From Intoshia linei (lineage: Eukaryota; Animalia; Orthonectida): a stretch of 64,000 nt of DNA. Positions within the stretch are counted from its first letter, which is position 1. The number at the start of each line of letters is the position of its first letter. Below are positions 52,099 to 64,000 of this stretch, one piece after another. Where the stretch lies: contig LWCA01000052.1 of assembly GCA_001642005.1 (NCBI GenBank), positions 1 to 64,000 of the forward strand, read 5' to 3'. Below the pieces are notes generated by a model that saw only the letters and a program-made list of their open reading frames with translations, made no database searches and was not told where the DNA came from. The position numbers were made by a program, and so were the translations under genes.

Positions 52099-53169
52099 TA
52101 TTACCTATGATAACACCGTTTATAAAACTAAATTAATTGTATACATAAAGCTCTCAGAGTAATTGGATCAACGTATACAGTTAACAAAACAGAATTAACG
52201 ACTTTCAATATTTTATAGATGTTTTAAGTCCTATAGAAGTTGCCAAAAAAAATAGTAAGATCAAATATAGAAATAAAACTTAAAAGATTGAATATTGACG
52301 ATAATTTTAGTGAAAAAACAATTCCATGAACCCCAAATAGATCACGATATTTTAAATAATGATAACCAATTTCAATTTTTAAAAGAATACATGCATGCTA
52401 TGAATACAAACATTATACCTATCAATAATAACATCAGCACTGTATTAAAATGTTACGAAATTACACAACTAAGAATCATTATATAGGTTTATATTGTCTA
52501 TTCAAGCAACAAGTGTGGAAGCAGAAAGAATATTTTCATCAGTTGGTCTATTTCTAACTAAAATTAAATCTTGGCTTTCAGATGAAAGTATTGATGCACT
52601 ATATTTTTTAAAACAATTTTTAAAAATGTCTAATAAATTTTATTATATATAATTATATTTTGGAATTAATATTATAATAGTAATAATAAAAAATTTATTA
52701 TATAAATTTTTTTCGGTTATTTGTCATCTCTAATTACAATGTATACATCGGTTTTTGCGTTTTTATAATTTTTTAAATGGAATCATTACTATATCACTTT
52801 TTACTAAGCTTTAATGAGTTGACCAATGTAAACTCTATTTAAAAATGTATTTATTCATATAAAGAAAATTGATCTGAGTCAAAAACAATAGATCCTTACT
52901 TATATTATAATATATATAATTATATATATTCATAGCATATTATAATTATATGCTATGCAATAGTTGTTTGTGTACGTTACCGTTTATTTCAATAACTACC
53001 AGTCTTAGAAGTTTATAAAGTCCACATTTCAATTACAGTTTTTTCTGGGAGTGCTAACAAAATAAGTTTCAACCTTCCAAACTCACATCTTACGGATCAA
53101 AAAGACCAATTGTCTTTTTTTTTGAAAATCAAACGAGTTCGAGAATTTAAAAAAACATATACTCTGATA

Positions 53170-53974
53170 CCAATATTTTGGAGACGTGTATTGGTGCGTT
53201 ATCTTGCTGAAATATCCAACTTAATCCTCCAATTGTAGAACCAATATGTTTAAGATTCGATTTATTTAACATTTTTATGTATCCACTTGAATTTAAACGT
53301 CCATTAATTACTTCTAAATTTAGCTTTCCGTTATAACCGAACGCGCCCATCCCATTATTGAACCGCCTCCATGTGCACGAGAGGAAAACAATGAATCATT
53401 TTTTTTAATATCATTCCAATAATACTGCAATCCATCAGGACCATCCAGATTAAATTTCTTTTCATCGGAAATGATGACATTTCGCCATTCCTCTCGCCAT
53501 ATGTAATATTTTTTAGCAAAATCTAATCAGCACACTTTATAGCGTTTTAGTAACCTAGGCGAAACTTTTTTTTAGTAAATTCTACCATTTTTTTCAAATT
53601 ACGTTGGATTGTACTTTTTGATTCAAATTCAAAATGATTACTATTAAATTCAAATTTTTCTTTAATTGTGCCGCTGATTCACCTTCATTGTTACTACTAT
53701 GGCGTAACAATCGTCGAACATCACTCTTACCGATTGTCATTTTTGTCCAACCTTTATTATTTTTGCCGTAGGTAGATTTTTATTTTAAGTAGTTAAAAAT
53801 TACGGATTTACTCCTATTTAATATAGATGCAACATACCTAATACTTTTTCCAGTTGCGAGGAGACTGTCAGCTTTACCCATTTCAAATTTGGTTAGTCTT
53901 TTTCCTCGACCCATTGTTTATCTGTTAATTATTAATATTTTAAATAATTGTCCCTATTCAAGTGTCGCGCACTG
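53170..53974 (-). mobile_element. 3'-truncated Tc1/Tc3-like transposon (second family)
   Basis: TA followed by TIR cagtgcgcgacacttgaataggg. MGRGKRLTKFE at 53914, then SDEKKFNLDGPDGLQYYW and WIFQQDNAPIHVSK, after which it is truncated. Confidence 0.85.
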
Positions 53975-55048
53975 TATGTATTCCATGTTATCATATATAT
54001 GACAATAATAATTAAATATATTTATATACATTTTACAAATTTTATGACCATATGGTCACATCTCCTAACTTCTTCGTCTAGTTTCCCATTTACATAAAAA
54101 TCAAAATATGAAAGTTTGAGACAATATGTATTGACCAAAAATAATTTCGTTATGATTCATCATAAAAATGGTTCCGGTCTAAATGGGTTAACCCATGATT
54201 TTATTTACAAAATGGCAAATTGAGTTTAAATATATTTAAATATACTGTAACACACACCCAGATATTCAATTTTATATAAGTAAAGGATGCATACTATGCA
54301 TTGCATAGTTTACTCATAGATTCACATACTCCATTTTTGTATATTTGAAATTTTGATCGTCAAGAATTTTCAAGTTGTAATTTACGTTAATGTTCATGTT
54401 TTTAAAATCTGTTCATAATTTGAGTTTTTTAAAATTCCAAAACTCTGCAGTATAAAAAAAAATGGTCATTTGTGGATTTGTCCGTGAAAGTGTCAATTTT
54501 TGAATTTATCTTACTTTCTGCACCGGAAAAAACTGACTGACTTTGAATTTTTATTTTGCAATATCTGGGACTATCATTTTTCTACATAGACACATTTCGA
54601 AAAACTTTTACTTCATATAGTAAGGATTAAAGATATTAAAAAATAAACAAACTGTATTTTTCTACATGTATTCATTGACAAAACTAACCCGAATGCCTCA
54701 CTTTGAAGTTAAATTAAATATAGTATCAATTAGAAAAATCAACACCGCTATGACACATTTCCTATACAATTATACTTTCGATTTTTAAATGGGTATCATG
54801 CAGACATAATAATTAGATTTTGTGTTTATTATTGAATATATTCAACATTTTCGGAAATACATGCATATAATTAATGAAAATGTAAACTAGTGTTAAATTG
54901 AATTGTTCCATGATACAAATACTGTGTGATAATAATATATCACGATTTTTTAATAAGGTAAAAAAGTAGAACAAGTATATTATAATAAAGACTACATTTG
55001 TATAAAATTTAAAACTAAATAAAATTAAACATGAAAAATAGAAAAATA

Positions 55049-57677
55049 ATGTCGGCCAAAGAAAGGTGCAAATTTTCAATGCCGGGTCAATACGTTCATG
55101 ATGGTATAGCGTACGCTCAACACATACCATTAAATTCAATTTTCGATATAGACAGGATGAATTTAACACAGGAAGATATAATCATAGCCACCTACCCTAA
55201 AGCTGGCACAGCTTTACTTAGTAATATAGTGACACTACTGTTGAAAAATAAAAATTCTCAGGATTTTGTTAGCAATGCCAAATCAAACATATTCGATGTT
55301 ACGTATCAAATAGAAATTGAATTGGATAAACAACGCAATGTGGACTTAATAAACAGCATTGAACCTCCTAGAGTTTTGAAATCTCATTTACAACCTGGTT
55401 ACCTCGCTAACCAAATTGAAAACAATTCACCAAAGGTTATCTACGGAATCCGTAATGTGAAAGATACGATAGTTTCATTTTACCATTTTTACAAGGCCAC
55501 CAAGTTACACGGACCTTTTAAAGGTGATTGCAAAAATATAAAAATTTTAAAATTACATTTTTTTAATAGGAAACTGGAATGAATGGTACGAGTTGTTTGA
55601 AGATCGAAAAGTTGTATTTGGAGATTATTTTGACCATGTTGTAAAGTGGTACAATTACTCTGTAGGAAAATCAAATATTTTGGTAGTAACTTATGAAGAT
55701 ATCGTTACAGATATGTCAGGTAGTGTAGCCAAAATCGCAAAATTTTTAGACATTTCAGTTAATCAGGATATCATTGCAAAGATTACCCAGGAATGCAATT
55801 TTGACAATATGAAAAAAAATTTTTCAACAGGTTTACGCAAAAAGGCGGGGATAAAAAATTATTTTAAACAAAGGAAAATCGGAATCTGGAAAGTATATTT
55901 TAAATTACATTCTCTCTACCATATCCAACATTTTTTGTGAGTCGTTTATAAATCGGGGAAATATACATTGGGTCTTTCGTATTTTAGAGCCAATAGTTTG
56001 AAGATTTTATATCAACTTTATTGAAAAAATAAATATTATCGTAAAACCACTAAATTAAATTAAAATTTATTGTTTCTTAAATTAATCTCTATATTGCAAC
56101 TAAAGACATTGAAGCAAGCATAACTTTTTGCAAACAATTCGGTTTTTCTTATTTTAATTTATTTTATTTGTGAATAGGTCTAATCAGTTCACGTAAGATA
56201 TGTCCATTGTGCAACCGGCAGATGTTTTTTTCGAAAAAGGTGTGTATAGATGTTATAAATGCAGATGTTCAGCCCGTGCCGTGTAGCAAGGTATTATCGA
56301 TAAGGAAGGATACATTTTTTGAAAAAAGTCATCTTACAATTGCTCAAATTGTGAGATTGATATATTTTTGGGCATATCAACTCTCTAGCCACACAACATT
56401 AGAAAGAGAATTAAAAATTTCTCGAAACACAGTTGTGGATTGCAAAAGTTTCACGCGAGATATTTGTATCTCAATGATGATGGAACACCCACAGAAGATT
56501 GGTGGGATTGGCATAGAAGTCCAAATTGATGAAAGCCAATTCTCCAAACGAAAAAACGTGGACAGGTATATCTTGAACAATGGATATTTGGAGGAATTGA
56601 AACAAATTCCAAAAAATGTTTCATTGTGCCAGTAGAGAATCGTACGGCTGAAGTTTTAATTGGAATAATAATGTATGCTTATCTAAATTTATTTTAATGT
56701 CAACAATTAGGAGATATATTGAACCAGAATCTATAATTATATCAGATGGATGGAGATCATATCACTCGATACGAATGAATGTATATAACCATGAGGTTGT
56801 CAATCATTCCGAAAATTTTGTGAACTCTGTGACAGGTAAGCATACCAACAAAATTGAAGGTTTATGGGCAATACTAAAAAGAAGAAATAAAATTGGTAGG
56901 GACATTAATTTTATATTTTTTATAGTCAATGTAGAATGTGGTACTTCCAGATTTTTATTGGATACTTATTTAATTGAATTTATGTGGCGAAGGAGGTTTA
57001 AAATAATATCATAGATTCTCTGAAAATAGTCCATTTAAGAACGTAATAGATCATATTTCGTTATTATATCCTCAATAAAATCAATTTTATATTTCAATTC
57101 GTATACAGATTGTTTTAATATAATTAACATTAATTATTTATTTTTTAATTCATTGATTAATGGTCATTCCTTTTTCTGCATTTTCTTGGTATTTGATTAA
57201 AAATTAAATTTATCAATACACAAGTATTATTTTTAGTATAAAATACGTCAAATATGAATTTTTATCTTGTCTATTTGTACACTAAAACTTTTGCCATCAC
57301 TGATGTATATTGTTAACAAAGAAACAAACTTTATTGAAAAAATAAAGTTTATAAAAAAATCTTCAAACTATTGGCTCTAAAATACAAGACCCTATAAATT
57401 TTATAATTTATTACCGGTCCGCCGAGAAAAAAGTGTGGGAACCCCTGTATTATATATGGTTCATGTCTCTATCTCACCAAATTCAGTTCAGTCAAAAATG
57501 TTTCTATTCCCAAGTTGAAACTCCCACCATGACAAGTAGAGAGAATAGTGTCTATTTAATTTTTATCAAAAAATTTAAATTTTTTAGGAAACCATTTCAG
57601 TTAGCCAAAATGAAAAAATTGATAGAAGAATAAACAAAGAACTAGACAAAATTGATATAGAATTTGTATACGATTAA
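55049..57677 (+). CDS. Cytosolic sulfotransferase; exons about 55049-55523, 55570-55892, 57588-57677
   Basis: DIIIATYPKAGT (5'-PSB), PRVLKSHL, RNVKDTIVSFYHF (3'-PB), FGDYFDHV, YED and IGIWK|ETISVSQNEKID. The start may be 55031. Confidence 0.9.
55970..57392 (+). mobile_element. Merlin (IS1016/IS1595-like DDE) transposon in the last sulfotransferase intron
   Basis: TIRs gggtctt..gtattttagagccaatagtttgaagatttt / aaaatcttcaaactattggctctaaaatacaagaccc and TSD tatacatt/tataaatt. Transposase SIRKDTFFEKSHL, IGG..VQIDESQF, WIFGG, IISDGWRSY, VNHSENFV, HTNKIEGLW and YLIEFMWRR, with a frameshift near 56555. Confidence 0.92.
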
Positions 57678-58071
57678 CTAAAATAAACTTAAATTAGTTT
57701 TAATGATACTTGATTACAGTTGATGGGGATATTTGATGTTTTGGCGGTTATTTTAAATGTAAAATTTACTTGTAAATGACTAATTAATTATGCCGTTGAT
57801 GATACCTTGTAAGTCCGCATCTAATATAACGCTGCCATGAATCTGGTGAAATTTTTTTTTATTTTATCCTATTCATCAACACAAACCGATGAAATAGTGA
57901 AACTAATAAACATAAACTAAACTTTATTCTCAATTCAACTTTGTTTCAATCTTAATATATTTGTAATCTTGAAGATGAAATACTTTAGAACAAATAAATA
58001 ACAAAATTCAGATCAAATTGTTGTATTGACTATAAACTACTTGATATCAGTATAAATTACTGAATAAAAGA

Positions 58072-61000
58072 ATGAGTACAATTTTTTCCTTCATCAGATC
58101 AGTCGATTTGAGCAGCAATTGTTTCCACGATTCTAATCAGATTAATGATGTAATTAAAGTAGTTTCTGGAGTAAGAAACTTGTCAATAAATAAATCATGT
58201 ATTCAAAAATTACCCGAGAATTTTCATATTCTTGAAAATTTGGAAACCTTACATTTATCCTACAACGATTTGGAATTTTTAGGTGACTGCCTATCAAAAT
58301 TGAAAAATTTGCAAACCTTTGTTTGCAGACACAACAAAATTTCAAATTATAGTTTCCCATCCTCTTTTTTTCAATTGGAAAACTTGACAGTTTTGGATTT
58401 AGCATACAATACTCTGGGTTAGTTTTATTTCTCTAATTTTAAGCATTATTAATTTAATTTTTATTAGAATCTATTCCTGACGACCTAGATTCAGCAAAAA
58501 ATCTTATCTCATTGAATTTGAGCCATAATAAACTGACATGTATACCCAACCAACTTTTTATAAATTTGACAGACATTTTGTTTTTGGACATTAGTCACAA
58601 TTCAATTGAAACTATGCCGCCTCAATTGAGGAGATTGACTAGAATAAAAGTTTTAAAATTAAACAATAACCCCCTTATTCATGCTCATTTGAAATCATTA
58701 ACACTTTTGACCAACTTGGAATCTCTAAACATTTCAGATACTAAAAGAACCCTCAATACTGTTCCCGCGGGGCTAGTAAATTTGAAAAATATGCAAGATT
58801 TTGATTTATCTTGCAATGATTTACAACTTATTCCCACTGATGTCTATGAACTTTACAATATCAAACGATTACACATTAATGATAATAAAATTTTTGAAAT
58901 TTCGTCTGAATTAGACGGATGGGCTAATATTTCTATTCTCAATCTATCCAGAAACAAACTCAAAAGTATTCCAACCAGTATTTCTAAATTAAAAGGCTTA
59001 ACGCATCTCTACTTAAACGAAAATCTTCTCACGTTTGATGGGATTCCAGGTTTAAATATTGTGTATTTTATTTCAATTTTTATCTAGGTTCAATTGGAAA
59101 ACTAACATCCTTAAAGGTTCTCAGCTTGATTGCAAATCAATTAAAAATTTTAACTGAAGGAGTTTCGAGGTGCACAAAACTTGAAGAATTATTTTTAACT
59201 GACAATTCTCTGGTTACGTTACCAGATTCCATTTATTTTTTGAGAAATTTGAAAATTCTTGAAACCTCAAATAATCCAAATTTAGTTATGCCAGAAAAAC
59301 CGAAAGCAGTCATCGATCCGGCTAAGCAATTGGGAATTGACTTTTCTTTGGAATATCAGCTTGATAAATGCGCTCCTTTATTAAAAGAAAGGTTTAGAAA
59401 AAATTCTGTCAAGCAACATGACAGGTTCAATCGTCGTATTAGAATGCACCAAGGATGGGAGAAACGTGCTGATACGAAATGTGTATTAGATGGAATGAGA
59501 AAGATTGCTGATATTACATTATCCGAAACAGAAAGTTATATTGAAAACGGCAACCATAATATTAAGACATGGACCGATGGACTCAAAAAACCAAATTTAA
59601 ATTACAATGAACTCTTTTCTGATAACACTGGAGTTGAAGTTGGGGTATTTATTCAGTTTCTTTTGTGTGTATTTATATTGGTGATAATTGTGATCAAATT
59701 TTAAGAGGTTTTTTATGTTTTTAGGAAAAAGTAAATTTGATGAATTGCGACAGTTTGTTTATTATTAAAATAATTGAAGTTAGGGTTATTTCAGAAAAAA
59801 TAAAATAAATAATAATCGAAAACCATCAGTGATATCAAAAATATTTTTGCCCTACAAACACAAACAGGGCCGTGGAGAACCAGCAGTAGGTCCGGGTTAG
59901 ATGGAAATTATAGGCCCCTATTCAGTGTTTAATCGATCTTTCATTATCTAAAAATTAAAAATAACCGTTGGAAACCGCATTGGTTATCGAATTTTTGGTA
60001 TACTTAAGAAATTTCCAATATTACCTATTAATACATTAAAAACGTAGGTCCCTCATGCTTGTAGACACGGACTATATGGCCCCTAGTCCCTCTCCACTGT
60101 CCTGATCACAAATGTTTATGATTATAAAAAAAATTTATTTTTAAAAACAAAAATCATGGTTTTTATTTGAAAATTTTATCGCTTTTGATGTCGTAAATTA
60201 CGACTCCCAATGTTCTGATGTGAAGAATAGATTTTTATATTTTTAACAAAATTTTCTGATATTATACAACTTACTTCAAATTTTTGGATTTTTATATGGA
60301 ATTATGGAATATGAAGGAATTTTTAATATTGTAAATTAATGAATTGATTATTTTTTATTTTACACCTAGATTCTATACATAATATGTATTACATATATGA
60401 TTATTTTAGAATAAATGTGTCAATTATGGAATGTGGCGTTATGATATAAATTTTTATTTTTATAACATAATTTTTTACAAAATTGTACCTGTACTTTTTA
60501 AACAGTTTTTATATATTTTCATGATTACAATTTTAACATTAGTTTTATACACTTATTCCATTATTATTGTTTCTTATTTCATTTTATTAATTAAAATTAT
60601 TATTAATTAATTAAAACTGAGTTTAATTATGGTTTAAGTAAAGATTTTTTTTGCGACTTGCGTAATAATTTTTTTCACATTTACCCCCTTAAACAAATTT
60701 AGTCTGACCCCCTAATTCTAGAACAGGATTCAGCAACCAGTGACCTACAGAATAATGTTGGTGGCTCTTTGAATAAATGTGTAAATTATTTATTTTTAAA
60801 CTTTTAAACACAGTTTTAAACATTTTCTACTATAATTGACTCATTATATACTAGAGCCATTTCTCGTCAGTTATAATTGAAATATAGCATGTGTAAAATT
60901 CAAAAACGGGGCCGGTATAATTTTTGGTATAAAAAAATGGCCCGAGATTCACTAGGTTGCCGATCTCTTTAATTTAAATTTTAAATAAAATATTTTGAAA

Positions 61001-64000
61001 ATGAGAATTTGAGAAATAAAAAAATCCCGAAGGAATCAATTATATAGATTTCCACCCATATTTATTTATTGGAAATGTGTAGACGTTCAAAGCACTTTTT
61101 TTTTGAAATTGTAAGATTATTTTACTTTTTCATTTTTAATTTTAATCGAACATTTGAAAAATATTGGTTGATAATATATTAAAAATTATTTTTCATCTTG
61201 GGCATGCATAGACTTCTGGGGCTGAAATTTTGTATTTATATCAAATGGAATAAGCTCTATCAGAATATTTTTAATTTTAGGACCATTAATTATTTCAAAT
61301 TTTATGTTAATAAAATAGTTTCCAAATAAAAAAAGAAAGAATATTAAATTATTTTTCGGATCGTGAAGGCGTCACTTATTCAAATTAAAAATCTTTATGT
61401 GTCTTAACAGGATACAACTGTACCATCTGTAATTTTTTTAAAAGCTAGGGCTGTTTTCATTTATAAAAAAATGGTAATGTGGGGTTTTGACAGTGAAAAT
61501 TATTTTTTTTTAGGTTTCCATTTATAATAATGTTTATAATTTTAATAACTATACCAAAATTTATGTTTAAATACATTTTAAAACAAAGGATAATTTATGG
61601 ATTTGACCATGAATGTATGCGTTTCTGAGTCTGAAATTAACGACAATGTTAATGATTTTAAAATGCGTCCCAGAGTATGTTTCATTACATTTTTGGGCTG
61701 ATTTTTTTTTAAACAAAATCGATTTCTTAAGTTCTACGACTGTCAATTTTTTAAATAAACGGTAACAGACACATTCATTTTTATATAAGTAAAGGATAAT
61801 ATAATTTATTTTTTATTTACATCGAAAATCAGCGACATAAATTTTATGTTTTGAATTTTATACGTTTTGTGAACGAAGTACTTTTACTAAAATTTGAAAA
61901 AAATACTTACTGAGTTTTTATTTTGTAAAACTAAATACTTACATTATGATTAGTAACTTTATAACATTCAAATTTTTTATATATGTTAATTGGAATAAGG
62001 TGCATTAAATGTCATGTTTTTTAAAATTTTAGGACTTTTCACTTTTTACTTTTGAACTTTTTAAAATAATGTGTAATGGTTTTGGCTGTCCAGATATAAG
62101 CTTTTGAGGTTGAAATTTAAGATAATTCTATACTAATTTTATTTAAAAAAAAGGATAATTTGTGTTTTTGACCCTGAAGGACTCAATTTCTGCAAATAAA
62201 ATTTACGATAATACCTTAATCTCAAAAAATTATATTAGAAATTGTTAATTTTAAAACTCTACATCTTTTACTTTATTTAATAAATTGGAACAACCAACAT
62301 GCATTTTTAACTAAATTACATTATGTAGCAAGGGGTTTTAAAGTTTTAGAATGATTGTGATTGGGAAAATGTTACAATGTATTTTATTTTATATAATATA
62401 TAATATTTTTTATTATTTAGCTCAGTTTATGGGAAATTGATCAATTTTTACCTGTTGAAATGGAATTGGAAGATATTGGAATATTTTACCTATCTGATTG
62501 CTATATTATACTTTCATCTACACGTAACGCGACCTCAAGGAACCTAGATTACAATATATACTATCTGATTGGACCTGATTGTAGTATAGATAAAGCTACA
62601 TGTGCTGCAATGCACGCTGTAAATTTGAGAAATATGATTTCTGCTCAATGCAGAACTGTTAGAGAAGAAATGCAAGAAGAATCAGATGAATTTTTAATGT
62701 TATTTCCGCATGGGCTTCAATATTTACCTGGAGCTCACTCATCTAGCGGTCTCTTTACATTATATGATCCGATCAAAGAACACCACTTTTTTGCCGTTAC
62801 AAAAGATGACGTCCAGACTAGACCAAAATATTACCTTATACCTTACCCTTACTGCTACAAATCATTATCCTCGTCGTCCATATATATTTTAATTAGTAAC
62901 GACAAAATTATGCTGTGGATTGGAGAAAATGTACCTACTCCTCACAAAATACAGGTATTTTATTTTAAAGCATTTCATTATTTTTTTAACTTTTTGAACT
63001 GGTTCCCGATAAAGGCTTGAAATTGTGGACCCCTGAAATGTATACCCGTTGATAATCTCTAGATTTCATTGTACTATAAAGACATACAGAAAAATAAAAT
63101 ATTTGTTAAAATTATTTAAGTTTTTTTATTTTTGATGATAACATTTTTCATTTTAATGCATTTGTGCACAAAATGCGGTACACGGACCGCATGCGACCCA
63201 TTTACCGATTATGTGCGGTCCAGTAAAAAAAATTTTAAAAAATATTTCTTTTTGTTACTACCCAATTATGTTTTAATTGCTGAATTTAATAAAATTAAGA
63301 GAAGAAATTAGGAAATTTAATAGGAATGACAGGGTAAACATTTTGTATATAAGAATATTTCTAATAATATTACAGCCCATCTCTCCATACTTAATTAAAT
63401 TTCATTGAAATGCGCTTTATATTCATTTTCATAGTGTTGATGTATAAAAATGTTCATTTGTGTATTAAAATTATGATTAATTTCGTATATGCCTAATATG
63501 TACTTACATTATAATACAATATTAAAAGACTTATTTTTCAACATACGTTTGTTCAAACGAAAAAGGTTCTGCAACATTTTTAAAAGTATTGGTTAATAAA
63601 AGGGTAAAAAGTGTTTTTGAGATTGAAAATGCTGAAACTGCATTATACATTTCGTATAAAATGTAATTTGTGTTTTATAATTTCTAGGGCTTTTAAATAA
63701 TCTAACACAGAGTTGAGATTTGATGTAAGAAATCCTTACTGAGGATATAGGAGTATATGTACAACCTTAAAATTTTATTTTAGACAAAATTACTTGTAAC
63801 ATCGATATGTAACACTGATTATCAAAAAAAACCAAAAATTGTTGAATTTGAAAGAAATCATGAACCTAGTGATTTTATGAATAAATTTCACTCAAATTGT
63901 AATGAGTGCAACAATACTCTCGAAACATCTCATAGTCACAATAAACGGTTTCCAATTTTATACACAGTTGAAATGGGTTCTGGGTATTTACAACTCATCC
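58072..64000 (+). CDS. FLII: Protein flightless-1 homolog (LRR plus gelsolin repeats), runs off the window; exons about 58072-58417, 58468-59049, 59088-59644, 62421-62954, 63784->64000
   Basis: FIRSVDLSSNCF, LRRs with IPNQLFINLTDILFLDIS..MPPQLRRL, IDFSLEYQL, LKKPNLNYNELF, LWEIDQFLPV, FYLSDCYIIL, AMHAVNLRN and LYTVEMGSGYLQL. Confidence 0.93.
59865..60104. mobile_element. hAT (Tip100-like) MITE in FLII intron
   Basis: TIRs cagggccgtggaga / tctccactgtcctg and an 8-bp TSD aacacaaa/atcacaaa. Confidence 0.8.
60970..61660. repeat. Dispersed repeat family copy, reverse to 7660-8420
   Basis: ttttgaaaatgagaatttga..tatatagatttccacccata and gtgaaggcgtcacttatt blocks. Confidence 0.7.

Larger units (their letters stand above)
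49207..52732 (+). mobile_element. Decayed hAT (Ac/hobo/Hermes-like) transposon interrupted by two insertions
   Basis: SLTLDEYTS..RYINI, CIANTIHLAISD (CxxH-like), KIRWNSLLPMI restored after removing the inserts, and C-terminal ATSVEAERIFSSVG..LSDESIDAL. Ends tagagat / atctcta are approximate. Confidence 0.8.

Noticed and set aside
56207-57014. Possible bacterial IS1016/IS1595 insertion or contamination
   Set aside because: It contains spliceosomal-type introns and sits in an intron of a eukaryotic gene, so it is a eukaryotic Merlin.
63529-63730. Possible extra FLII exons
   Set aside because: The phase-0 join 62954 to 63784 already gives colinear flightless-I sequence, and the candidate exons introduce stop codons.

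Overview
AT-rich eukaryotic (animal) genomic DNA with dense gene packing and very short GT-AG introns (many 35-45 nt). The ORF track therefore shows exon fragments only, and I rebuilt gene models by hand from splice sites and protein motifs. The architecture resembles a compact parasite genome such as the orthonectid Intoshia (inference, not verified). Recognisable genes in order: G6PD (-), whose 7.2-kb intron holds an intronless VPS10/sortilin-family gene on the same strand; MTFMT (-); RCC1 (+); RTEL1 (+); RSPH4/6 (-); GALE (-); an acidic orphan ORF with RVxF and PLDLS motifs (+); a small BAD-like BH3-only candidate (+); SAE1 (-); SRP14 (+); an NLS plus transmembrane orphan (+); TEAD (-); a cytosolic sulfotransferase (+); and the 5' part of flightless-I (+). 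Larger introns and intergenic gaps carry decayed DNA transposons (hAT, Tc1, Merlin, MULE-like MITE), often nested and with target-site duplications (TSDs) still visible. The strongest leads are the BAD-like BH3-only gene, the same-strand nested VPS10 gene bracketed by inverted repeats, and a Merlin transposase carrying three host-type micro-introns. I found no RNA genes or CRISPR arrays.
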